The notes beneath the pieces are model-generated. The model had not been told where the DNA came from. It was given only the letters and a program-made list of their open reading frames with translations, and ran no database searches. From positions 1,350,001-1,382,000 of the forward strand of contig NC_009954.1 of the NCBI RefSeq assembly GCF_000018305.1: a stretch of DNA of 32,000 bases. Reading direction: 5' to 3'. The stretch is from Caldivirga maquilingensis IC-167. Lineage in GTDB: Archaea > Thermoproteota > Thermoprotei > Thermoproteales > Thermocladiaceae. The first letter of the stretch is position 1; each line of letters begins with the position of its first letter. A program made the translations under genes and the position numbers. Positions 1-8,100 of the stretch are shown one piece after another.

Positions 1-871
1 CGTAAACACCTGCAGCAACCATTGTGGCTGAGTGAAGTAATGCGGAAACACTGGTTGGACCAGTCATGGCTGTGAGGAGCCAGTCATTGAATGGGAATTG
101 AGCGCTCTTAGTGAATGGGCCAAGCAGGAAGGCGATGAGAACTATGGCTGTTCCAGCGGTACCCAGTACGCTTATTAAGTGACTCCAGTTTATCATATTG
201 AAGTCTAGGCTGCCTCCAAATATCCCTATTGCCGCTAAGGCACCCAGCATGGGCATGTCACCGAACCTTATTGTAACAATAGCCCTATAGGCGGCGTAGG
301 ATGGTGTAGTCCACGCTGGCTTACCAAGCACCATGTCACCCAGCTTCCCAACGAAGGATATTTCATCATCATCTCTGAACCAATTACCTATCAACGCCCA
401 TGAACTTAGACCTAATCCCTCCCACCCTATGAACAACAGGAGTAGGTTATTGGAGTAAACGAGCAGTAGCATTGATGCTGCGAAGGTGTTGTAGAAGAAC
501 CAGAACCAGCCAAGCCTATAGTCATTAGCCATGTACTCCAGGCTGTATACACCTATTATGAAGGCAAGCCAAGCTGTTAATAACCCCATATACCTGCTCA
601 GGAAGTCAACTATGAATGACACGTACATTGTGAAGATACCTGGCACCGAGATCCATGGGTATGAGTAAATAATGGTCTTCATCGGGTACGCAATGGCTAT
701 GTATGTTGAAACTAATGCAGCCACACCAAGCCCAGTCACAGCAAGATACTCCAGTGGGCGTGCCTTACGGTTATCCTGCTCAATAACCCAGTACACTGAC
801 ATTGGTGAAGCAAACAGTATGGGCACTAGTGTCATTAAGGCTATTAAGGTGGGGAGAATGGACTCATACAT
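1..871 (-). CDS. nuoL: NADH-quinone oxidoreductase subunit L, N-terminal part (gene runs off the window at position 1)
   Basis: Absent from the ORF track because the window edge truncates it. My minus-strand translation from ATG 871 gives MYESILPTLIALMTLVPILF...FIGWEGLGLSSWALIGNWF...TKSAQFPFNDWLLTAMTGPTSVSALLHSATMVAAGVY. These match the WEG.GL.S..LIG and KSAQ.PF..WL..AM.GPT.VSAL.H.ATMV.AGVY signatures of NuoL/ND5. It overlaps the upstream gene by 8 nt. Confidence 0.85.
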   Translation of the reverse strand, partial: MYESILPTLIALMTLVPILFASPMSVYWVIEQDNRKARPLEYLAVTGLGVAALVSTYIAIAYPMKTIIYSYPWISVPGIFTMYVSFIVDFLSRYMGLLTAWLAFIIGVYSLEYMANDYRLGWFWFFYNTFAASMLLLVYSNNLLLLFIGWEGLGLSSWALIGNWFRDDDEISFVGKLGDMVLGKPAWTTPSYAAYRAIVTIRFGDMPMLGALAAIGIFGGSLDFNMINWSHLISVLGTAGTAIVLIAFLLGPFTKSAQFPFNDWLLTAMTGPTSVSALLHSATMVAAGVY

Positions 872-2330
872 GCATTATCACCCCTATTGCACTTAGTACT
901 GAGTGAACTAATGCTGTTGATATGGGTGGGAATAGTAGTATGACGCTTGTTAAACCAAGTACGTAAAGCGGCACCACCAGCTTATTACTTGGCTTAGTTT
1001 TAGTGTAAGGCCACCTTGGTTGTCCATAGAAGACTTCCTTAAGTGCCCAGAAGCCGTATGTTCCAGTTAGCAGGAATAGGAATGCTAAACCCACGAAGGC
1101 CCATAGAGTGCTTAGACTGAAGCCTAGTGTTGTTAATAGGCCTAGGAATAGGAAGAATTCACCCAGTAACCCAACAGTGAATATGCCTGCTAAGCTCATC
1201 CAACCAAGCAATGCCGCACCGCCTATTGATGGTATGTAGTTCTGGAGTCCACCCATCTTAGACATATCAAGTATATCATATTGAACAATAATTGCCCCAG
1301 CAGTCATGAAGAGGACTGCCTTACCTAATTGATGCGCAATGAAGTGTAGTGTTAAGCCCACTATACCATATGTACCTAGTGTTAAACCAGCCAGTAGGTA
1401 AGCCATGTTAGCCACAGTTGAGTAAGCCAGTAACCACTTGTAGCTATGTCTCTGCCTAAATACAGCGAAGCTAACTAATATGCCACCTATTATGGCGTAG
1501 GCAAGTAATGGTGTCCTAATTGATGTTATGAAGTACGGTGATATTAAGTATATTCTAGCCAGTATGTATGATGCTAAGCCAACAACTGATATTATTAATG
1601 CTGCAACCGGTGTTGGATGCATGCCGTGCGCCCAAGGTAACCAAACGTGTGGGCCATAGCTTGGTAGCTTTATCAACATGCCGATTAGTATTAAGACCCA
1701 GGCCACAGGTGGCACGTACTTTATTGCGGCTAGGTTCATTGTCCCATTAGTTAATGCAACTATAATTGCACCCACTAGGAATAGTACACTGGCGACGTGG
1801 GTATAGACGAAGTAAAGTAAGCCTATCCACTGTCTAGTTCTCCCGTAGCCGTCATAACCGTAGAAGTATATTAGGAGGAATGATGATATTAAGGATACTT
1901 CAAGGCCTATGTACATGAGGAGTAGATTATATGCGTACACTATCCACTCCATTGATATGCCGCATAGTATGAATAATGGGTAATATATGTTGAACTCCTC
2001 CTTAATACCCAATGCACGGAACCTATGCTCCATGTACGGTTCAGAGACTATGGATATCATGGCTGTGACTAAGGCTATTGTGAAGCCGAATGAATTACTT
2101 AAACCATCGTTAATAAGGTACATGCCGCCTATTGGGCTTGGTAAGCTACCAAGTGGAACCAGGTAATCAAGGTTAGCGAATATGCCGTATAGTGAGTAGG
2201 CTATTAACGGCATAAATGATATTACGGCAGTATAGAGTGATGCACGTTTATTTAAAAACGCGGTTAATATAACTGCTGCAATTGGGAGTGATAGTGAGAA
2301 TATGAGGATTGGATCCATGTAAACCATCAT
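864..2330 (-). CDS. NADH-quinone oxidoreductase antiporter-like subunit (NuoM/NuoN/MrpD family, 488 aa)
   Basis: Polytopic membrane protein carrying the family motif LIKLPSYGPHVWLPWAHGMHPTPVAALI (compare K.P..P.H.WLP.AH). Its start overlaps the nuoK stop (ATGA) and its stop overlaps the nuoL start. I cannot separate M from N by eye. Confidence 0.8.
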   Translation of the reverse strand: MMVYMDPILIFSLSLPIAAVILTAFLNKRASLYTAVISFMPLIAYSLYGIFANLDYLVPLGSLPSPIGGMYLINDGLSNSFGFTIALVTAMISIVSEPYMEHRFRALGIKEEFNIYYPLFILCGISMEWIVYAYNLLLMYIGLEVSLISSFLLIYFYGYDGYGRTRQWIGLLYFVYTHVASVLFLVGAIIVALTNGTMNLAAIKYVPPVAWVLILIGMLIKLPSYGPHVWLPWAHGMHPTPVAALIISVVGLASYILARIYLISPYFITSIRTPLLAYAIIGGILVSFAVFRQRHSYKWLLAYSTVANMAYLLAGLTLGTYGIVGLTLHFIAHQLGKAVLFMTAGAIIVQYDILDMSKMGGLQNYIPSIGGAALLGWMSLAGIFTVGLLGEFFLFLGLLTTLGFSLSTLWAFVGLAFLFLLTGTYGFWALKEVFYGQPRWPYTKTKPSNKLVVPLYVLGLTSVILLFPPISTALVHSVLSAIGVIMHV

Positions 2331-2635
2331 GACCTATCACCCCCAGCTAAAATACTCCTCGTCTCAATACTCCTCCTCATTCTATCCACAGTTATGATTG
2401 CAGTTATTAATGCTATGAATTCAGCAGCCGAGGCTATTACACTAATTGCAACAACTATGAAGGCTAAGTAGGGTTGGTAAACATACAGCGCCACTGCGGT
2501 TAGGAAGACTGAGTTGAACATTAACTCAAGGCCTATTAACAGTCTAATTAAGTCCCTTGAATTAATGACCACGGTTAAGCCTATTGATAGTACTAGTATG
2601 GCTGTGGCTATTAGGGATAAGGCTTCACCAATCAT
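2327..2635 (-). CDS. nuoK: NADH-quinone oxidoreductase subunit K (ND4L-like, 102 aa)
   Basis: Three-TM protein of about 100 aa with LIGLELMFNSVFLTAVAL (conserved membrane Glu, compare LSLELMLNA.NL). It sits between the J-like and antiporter-like subunits with 4-nt overlaps on both sides. Confidence 0.85.
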   Translation of the reverse strand: MIGEALSLIATAILVLSIGLTVVINSRDLIRLLIGLELMFNSVFLTAVALYVYQPYLAFIVVAISVIASAAEFIALITAIITVDRMRRSIETRSILAGGDRS

Positions 2636-3120
2636 GACTGGGTCACCTTTAGATACCTTATCGTTATGGCCATCACCATGGATAGGAACGACACCAGTAG
2701 TATAAGTAGCATAATCATACTACTGCTCAATACGTCGTGGGCCAATTGAGCAGAGCTTAGGCTAATGGGCTGCAGTGGGGTTGTGTAGATGGATTTAAGG
2801 GCTATTAACGATAACACCACTATGACTAAGGCAACACCAAGCCACTTACCCTCAACCCCAGTGTAGGCGACGGGCCTCCTGTAGGTTGCGGCAAGCACTA
2901 TGGTTATTGTTATTGTTGCGCCAACGTAAATCATTACTATTAACACGAAGGGGAGTACACCATTCATTAGTAGTAATGCGGTCGCTGATAAGCCTGAGGC
3001 GAGGGCTAGGTATAGGGCTGAGTATAAGTTATCCTTAGTCAATAATACAGCTAGAGATGATGCCACAGCCAGAACCTCCACAACCACTAGGGCTAGTCCA
3101 ACATCAGTCACATCCATCAC
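2632..3120 (-). CDS. nuoJ: NADH-quinone oxidoreductase subunit J (ND6-like, 162 aa)
   Basis: Hydrophobic 162-aa protein with LYSALYLALASG...IVMIYVGATITITIVLAATY, which resembles the NuoJ (Q)I.VY.GAI.VLF.F core. It lies immediately upstream of nuoK in the same operon. The start is GTG 3120 or ATG 3117. Confidence 0.75.
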   Translation of the reverse strand: MMDVTDVGLALVVVEVLAVASSLAVLLTKDNLYSALYLALASGLSATALLLMNGVLPFVLIVMIYVGATITITIVLAATYRRPVAYTGVEGKWLGVALVIVVLSLIALKSIYTTPLQPISLSSAQLAHDVLSSSMIMLLILLVSFLSMVMAITIRYLKVTQS

Positions 3121-3384
3121 CTCTAATTACTTTACCTGAATTAATTACCTCTAGGCTTCTTTCTGCATTAAAGGCTTGGCATTGATCATTACTGAGCATA
3201 ATATGGTCATCACAATATTTGTTTTTAAGCATTTCCCAATAACAATACTGAAATACGTTTTACTCAAGGAAGTAAGTTTACTACCATGGTTAATTCTACT
3301 ACATTTAGTAAAGTATAATTATGGTAGAAATAGTGAGTACACCATAATACTATATATGTATCGTATTAAAATGAGAGTAGGAAA

Positions 3385-3420
3385 CATGAATCATGACTCT
3401 GCCCTATTGCATGATTCATG
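3385..3420. repeat. Perfect 11-bp inverted repeat (CATGAATCATG ... CATGATTCATG) with a 14-nt spacer
   Basis: Read directly: arms at 3385-3395 and 3410-3420 are exact reverse complements. It lies in the 429-bp AT-rich divergent region between nuoJ and nop5. Confidence 0.8.
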
Positions 3421-3549
3421 AAGAGACATAGGCGAATTACAATTATGGGTAATTATTAAAGGAGATGTGGTTAATGGGGTCGCGGTGAATTACGAAGGCC
3501 ACATGGTTTACCCATTAGGCATAATATTTAATAATGCCCTTAATTAAGT

Positions 3550-4785
3550 GTGTATGTGAGTTCCACAGTATACCTAATGCTGGACGCCTTAGGCATCATT
3601 GCGCTTAGGGATGATGGTTCAGTAGTGGATAAGCTAGTGTATGATTATGATGCTCAAAGAATCGCTAGTATGCTTAACAGCATTGAGGTTGGTAAACCCA
3701 CCGATGAGTTAATAAGCTTCATTAATAAGTTAGCTAAGGCCGGGGTCTCCACAATTTACGTGGAGCATAAGGAATTAGCCAGAAACCTAGCCAACGTAAT
3801 TAAGGGTGTTGAGATTAAGGCTGAGTTACCCACTAAGGTGGGGAGGCTATTTAGGGAGGAGTTTTGGGGCAGGTACCTTAAGGAGGTTTACGGTATTGAA
3901 CCCATTGAATACATTAAGAGGGTTCATGAAGTCTCCGTGATCCAAACAAGGCTGAAGCTGAAGCAGGCAGCGGAGAGGAGGGACTTATTCATAGCCCAGG
4001 CAATAAATTCAGTGGATGACTTAGATAAGGTATCCAACCTCGTGGCCTCTAGGCTTAGGGAATGGTATGGAATACACTTCCCTGAATTAGAGAACTTAAC
4101 GAGGAACAATAATGAGTACGCCGTGCTCGTTTATAAGCTTGGGGATAGATCCAACTACACTAAGAGTAATATAATGGAGGCTTTACCCGAACTAGGCGAG
4201 GAGAGGGCCAGTAGGATTGCTGAGGCGGCTGCTAAGAGTGTTGGGGCATCAATAGTTGAGTGGGATCTCCAGCAGATTAAGGCGCTGGCTAAGCTTTACC
4301 TTGATATGCAGACCATTAGGGAGAACTTAACTGAATACATTGATGACGCAATGAAGGATGTTGCACCAAACATTAGGGAACTTGCAGGTTCACTACTTGG
4401 CGCTAGGTTAATTGCCTTAGCTGGAAGCTTAATGAAACTAGCCCTAATGCCAGCGTCAACAATTCAAGTCCTAGGCGCCGAGAAGGCCCTCTTCAGGGCA
4501 CTTAGGGGTAGGGGGAGGCCGCCTAAGCATGGTGTAATATTCCAGTACCCAGACATATTCAGGGCACCAAGGTGGCAGAGGGGTAAGATTGCTAGGGCTC
4601 TTGCGGCTAAATTAGCCATAGCGGCTAAGGCTGATGCATTCACAGGCAACTTCATTGCACCTAGGCTTAAGGAGGAGTTCATGAGGAGGGTTCAGGAGGT
4701 TAAGACTATTTACGCCAAGCCACCGCCCAGGAAACCGGCGGCTAAGCCGCATGGTAAGCCTGAGAGGAAGCCCAGTAGAAGGTGA
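3550..4785 (+). CDS. nop5: Nop5 (Nop56/58-family) C/D box sRNP core protein, 411 aa
   Basis: Contains SRLREWYGIHFPELENL and GAEKALFRALRGRGRPPKHGVIFQ, both hallmark Nop-domain motifs. It also has a coiled-coil middle region and a short basic K/P/R tail. GTG start at 3550, with an AT-rich TATA-like stretch at about 3521-3535. Confidence 0.9.
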   Translation: MYVSSTVYLMLDALGIIALRDDGSVVDKLVYDYDAQRIASMLNSIEVGKPTDELISFINKLAKAGVSTIYVEHKELARNLANVIKGVEIKAELPTKVGRLFREEFWGRYLKEVYGIEPIEYIKRVHEVSVIQTRLKLKQAAERRDLFIAQAINSVDDLDKVSNLVASRLREWYGIHFPELENLTRNNNEYAVLVYKLGDRSNYTKSNIMEALPELGEERASRIAEAAAKSVGASIVEWDLQQIKALAKLYLDMQTIRENLTEYIDDAMKDVAPNIRELAGSLLGARLIALAGSLMKLALMPASTIQVLGAEKALFRALRGRGRPPKHGVIFQYPDIFRAPRWQRGKIARALAAKLAIAAKADAFTGNFIAPRLKEEFMRRVQEVKTIYAKPPPRKPAAKPHGKPERKPSRR

Positions 4786-4876
4786 ATGCCTCCTCCACTA
4801 GTCAATGGCGTGTTTCTAATGAAGCCCTCATGTATGTGTAAGGTAATACCTATATACTCCCCTGGGTTGACCCGAT

Positions 4877-5455
4877 GTGTATTATGCATTATTAATAACT
4901 GGATTAGCCTATGTGGCTGTAACACTGATTGTATGTATTAAACCCATTAACAGTGTTGATTCAGTTATTGCCTCATTAATTGCAGGTATTAATAGGCCTA
5001 GGCCACTGGACTATGCCGCAGTAGTATTGACTAAATACGGTAGATTCTACACATGGGGTCTCGTGGACCTGGGGCTACTGGTACTGAGGCTGTGGATCCC
5101 CTTCGCTGAGTTAACTTTATCAATAATGTTAGCCTATATTATTGGTGGGGTAACTAGGCTACTTGTGAAGCGTCGAAGACCCTATGAGGCTGGTTACGGT
5201 AAACCAATACTTGCGGCCAGTGGGTTCTCATACCCCAGTGGCCATGCCGCAGTGGTCTTCAGTGGGGCATTAGTAGCATTAATGACGCTTAATAAGACTG
5301 TATCACTAATACTCCTAGCTGAGGCAATACTGGTGACGGCTTCTAGGGTTTATTTGAATGCGCATTACTTAACCGACGTAATAGGTGGTGTACTGCTTGG
5401 TTTAACTTCAGGGTTCCTTGCCATTGCATTAACACCAATCCTAATAGTATCTTAA
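4877..5455 (+). CDS. PAP2-superfamily membrane phosphatase (192 aa)
   Basis: Three PAP2 motifs appear in order: KRRRPY, PSGHAA and SRVYLNAHYLTDVIGG. Several TM segments are present. GTG start, with a TATA-like CTATATAC at 4850-4857. Confidence 0.8.
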   Translation: MYYALLITGLAYVAVTLIVCIKPINSVDSVIASLIAGINRPRPLDYAAVVLTKYGRFYTWGLVDLGLLVLRLWIPFAELTLSIMLAYIIGGVTRLLVKRRRPYEAGYGKPILAASGFSYPSGHAAVVFSGALVALMTLNKTVSLILLAEAILVTASRVYLNAHYLTDVIGGVLLGLTSGFLAIALTPILIVS

Positions 5456-5473
5456 TTAATTCATAAAGAATAA

Positions 5474-5560
5474 AGCTGCCCCCGCGGCTCGTCCCCAGGC
5501 CTCATAGGGGGGATCATACCCCTCTTAGCCTGGTCCAGTTACTGCGTCAGCTAGTGTTTT
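5474..5560 (+). ncRNA. Candidate structured small RNA (GC-rich nested hairpins, unknown class)
   Basis: About 65% G+C by my count over 5476-5552, with AT-rich flanks. There are three nested helices: 5474-5478/5548-5552 (AGCTG/CAGCT), 5495-5500/5528-5533 (CCAGGC/GCCTGG) and 5506-5512/5519-5525 (AGGGGGG/CCCCTCT, one G-U). A TTTT run follows at 5557-5560. The G-U pair would be an A-C mismatch on the other strand, which favours the + strand. Confidence 0.3.
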
Positions 5561-5565
5561 ATAAA
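5558..5565 (+). promoter_or_regulatory. TATA box (TTTATAAA) for the 5587 gene, leaderless geometry
   Basis: TTTATAAA ends 21 nt before ATG 5587. Confidence 0.55.
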
Positions 5566-5586
5566 CCTTAATTTAATTAAAAACTA

Positions 5587-6030
5587 ATGCACAGGGAGGG
5601 GTTAAGATGCCCTAAATGCGGCTCAACTAGGATTGGAGTAATTGCGGGTGGTCAATTCCAGTTGAAGTGCCTGGGATGCGGGTACATATGGACACCTAGC
5701 CTAGTGCCAAGCGGATACATTGAGGTTAATGGAAAGTTAATACATTGGACTGAGGTTGAGGCGGCTAAGGAGAAGCTGCTAAGTGAGCTCAGGGAGGTTC
5801 TTGAGAATGCTGGTGACTGTGAACGCATTAAGCCTATACTAGCCAAATACAGTGGCACGCTTGATGCAGAGAGGATAAGTAGGGTTGTTAAGAACGCCTT
5901 AACTCAAGTTGAACCTAACCTAAGGCTTAAGGGCCAGTCATTCGTAGAGAGGTATAGTAAGGCGGTTATGGCATGTGTTAATGAGTACTTTAATTCAAGT
6001 AAGGTCACTGAACCAAGGCATTTAGATTAG
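5587..6030 (+). CDS. Zn-ribbon protein of unknown function (147 aa)
   Basis: The N-terminus has CPKCGS...(17 aa)...CLGCG, a four-Cys ribbon, followed by a helical charged C-terminal region. ATG start with a well-placed TATA. I recognise no family. Confidence 0.6.
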   Translation: MHREGLRCPKCGSTRIGVIAGGQFQLKCLGCGYIWTPSLVPSGYIEVNGKLIHWTEVEAAKEKLLSELREVLENAGDCERIKPILAKYSGTLDAERISRVVKNALTQVEPNLRLKGQSFVERYSKAVMACVNEYFNSSKVTEPRHLD

Positions 6031-6566
6031 GGAGTAGGTTGAGAATGATTTATTTACTTAATAATGAATTAAATATTCAACTTTAAATACTGAATTAATG
6101 CTCAATCATTTAGCAGCGTCAGCCTTATTGTGCCTCAGTATTAAATAATTTATAATTATAACTATTGATACCGTGACTACAGCGGATTGATCATTGCCCC
6201 ATTAATGTTAATGTATTGGCCACTGCACTGGTTACAGTGTTCATTGAGGTATTGATTAATGTTGAAACAACCAGTTGACATTACAGTAATACCTGTTACT
6301 ATGCTTATTAACGTTACCGTAACCGGTGTTTAACTTCATTAATTAAATAACAATAATGTTCATTAATGCATTAATAGAATCGCTCATCTTGTCTACTGTT
6401 AAGTAAAATCATTATAATTATTGAATCCGTAAGACTCAATGGCATTAATGTTAACCTGCTAATGATTCAGTGGCTTAACGCTAGGGAAATCTTAAATGCA
6501 CTGGTCTTGAGTAATAATGCCTCATGCGTAGTTAGTGTTAAGTCAAGGGGCTAATGATGGGAAAAC

Positions 6567-6573
6567 TTTATAT
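6567..6573 (+). promoter_or_regulatory. TATA box (TTTATAT) for tRNA-Ser
   Basis: GAAAAC TTTATAT lies about 24 nt upstream of tRNA position 1 (6598). Confidence 0.55.
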
Positions 6574-6597
6574 GACCAATTCACTAAGACAATATAG

Positions 6598-6683
6598 GCC
6601 GGGGTGGCCGAGCTTGGTCCAAGGCGCGGGACTGGAGATCCCGTCCCCGCAAGGGGGCCCGGGTTCAAATCCCGGCCCCGGCA
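6598..6683 (+). tRNA. tRNA-Ser (anticodon GGA), class II with a long variable arm, no intron, no encoded CCA
   Basis: Folded by hand. Acceptor GCCGGGG/CCCCGGC. Anticodon stem CGGGA/TCCCG with loop CT-GGA-GA. Variable arm CCCC-GCAA-GGGG. T arm CCGGG-TTCAAAT-CCCGG. Discriminator A at 6683. Confidence 0.92.
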
Positions 6684-6908
6684 TCATGTTTAGGTCTTTG
6701 CTGTAGCTATTAATTATGGTTAACACGGCTTCAATACAGTGATTATACGTGAATAAGGTTAATCTCATGCATGTAAACATGCCTCCCAAGTACCTGCTCT
6801 GGTTCAGTCTAGGATTCACTAGGCTAGTATTACCCTAATAGTCAGTAAATAAGTGGGATTGTAAAGTGTTGTGCAGTAAGGTTTATAAGTAGGTAGCCGG
6901 CTTGGTGA

Positions 6909-7862
6909 TTGTATAGTTCCTTACCAATAAACGTAATGGTGATCTCTATGAACCAGCGATACCTAGCCCTAGCAGCCCTAGCGTCGGCTCTGTGGGGAGT
7001 ATCATACACCTTAACCTATCTGGCCCTGCGGACAATGGATGCTGCATCATTAATTGTAATTAGTTACGTATTCTCAATACTCATAATTCTCTTAATCACT
7101 AGACTTAAGATTAATGCTGAATCAATTATCAAGGGTGTAATTCTATCGCCAGTGAACTTTGCTTTAACGTACATATACGTTAAGGTATCTGGGGATTGGG
7201 GAGGCTTTGCTGCCTTAATAAGTGGTGCATATGTATTACCTCTGATGCTGCTAAACTATGTTAAAAATGGTGACCTTCAATTAAGGTACTTGATCTCAAG
7301 CCTACTTATGTTAACAACCCTATATTTCATCGGCGGATTTAGTGGTGTAACAATTTATGCTGTTGCAGTCATGTTACTTAACCTGGCCTATATGTTAATG
7401 CTAAGCCTATTCCATAATTATGAGGAATATAGCTTAATCCTAGGCCAGTCCATAGGTACTTTACTACTCTCAATCATAATGGTTAAGGGGATTACACTAA
7501 CGGTGAGTAGTGTCTACTATGGATTAACACTAGCCCTGGTTAACAATACCATACCCTATGTACTCTATGCACTAACGGTTAAGAGGATTGGTGCAGTTGA
7601 GACTTCATTAACCATGGGTATTGAGGTTATGACTGCAGTATTATCTATGTCACCCATATCTAGGGTTCAGGTAAACCCATTTCCCGTAGTGTTACTAGTA
7701 CTGGCATTCATGGTGCTTTTCATGGATCTAAGGCCGGTTAATGAAGATGAGGAGGTAGTCATATATAAATCAATAGGGTGCATTATTAGTAATGAAGGAT
7801 CCGAGACCTACCATGGTTCTTCAATAATCTTTAAAACCCCTAAGCCACCTCAATGCATTTAA
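6909..7862 (+). CDS. DMT/EamA-like 10-TM permease (about 305-317 aa)
   Basis: About ten predicted TM helices arranged 5+5, as in drug/metabolite transporters, plus a short soluble acidic C-tail. The start is uncertain: TTG 6909 lies 20 nt after TATA TTTATAAG at 6882-6889, and ATG 6936 and 6948 are alternatives. Confidence 0.55.
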   Translation: MYSSLPINVMVISMNQRYLALAALASALWGVSYTLTYLALRTMDAASLIVISYVFSILIILLITRLKINAESIIKGVILSPVNFALTYIYVKVSGDWGGFAALISGAYVLPLMLLNYVKNGDLQLRYLISSLLMLTTLYFIGGFSGVTIYAVAVMLLNLAYMLMLSLFHNYEEYSLILGQSIGTLLLSIIMVKGITLTVSSVYYGLTLALVNNTIPYVLYALTVKRIGAVETSLTMGIEVMTAVLSMSPISRVQVNPFPVVLLVLAFMVLFMDLRPVNEDEEVVIYKSIGCIISNEGSETYHGSSIIFKTPKPPQCI

Positions 7863-8100
7863 ACTTAGGGTATTAAGCATGCGTGATTCTTAACTCGATT
7901 TTTAACCCAGCGTTATTAAGACCTATGGATCTATTAAAATGAATTTTCAAGCCTACATTTCTCACCTGGGGTTAGTAATGAATACTGTAGCATTAACGCT
8001 AGATAAGTTGAATTAACTAGAAGTACGTTGCTAAGTAATGTGACTTTAACTCATTAATTATTTAATTGGGTTAAGCATTATGGTGCGTGAATTGGAGTCA

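Noticed and set aside
3185-3260. Possible C/D box sRNA next to nop5 (minus strand GTGATGA ... CAGT ... ATGATC ... CAGA)
   Set aside because: Only the C box is canonical. D' and D are not CTGA, the C'-to-D spacing is about 17 nt rather than about 12, and there is no terminal stem. I scanned the other TGATGA occurrences in the window (for example 18725, 21590, 25828, 31514). All are inside coding regions and lack correctly spaced CTGA boxes.
3176-3421. 81-aa ORF in the nuoJ/nop5 spacer
   Set aside because: It has a TTG start in very AT-rich DNA and no TATA at leaderless distance. It ends inside the 11-bp inverted repeat, which generates the mirrored MNHD/LHDS peptide. It looks like non-coding DNA.
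6170-6339. Small minus-strand peptide gene (ATG 6339: MKLNTGYGNVNKHSNRYYCNVNWLFQH*)
   Set aside because: It is only 27 codons in AT-rich DNA and has no convincingly spaced TATA. The neighbouring N/T-rich frame is interrupted by stops, so it is indistinguishable from chance.
6548-6600. AATGATGG upstream of the tRNA as a C box
   Set aside because: No CTGA D box follows, and the segment is better explained as the tRNA promoter region (TATA at 6567-6573).
6568-6819. 83-aa minus-strand ORF from the track
   Set aside because: It runs antisense straight through the tRNA-Ser gene (6598-6683). Its G/P-rich middle is only the reverse complement of tRNA stems, and no promoter or motif supports it.
6031-6908. 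Integrated virus or plasmid at tRNA-Ser
   Set aside because: There is no integrase or other mobile-element gene on either side, and no second copy of the tRNA 3' half (GGTTCAAATCCCGG...) anywhere in the window that could mark an att site. The flanking genes are ordinary housekeeping or transport genes.
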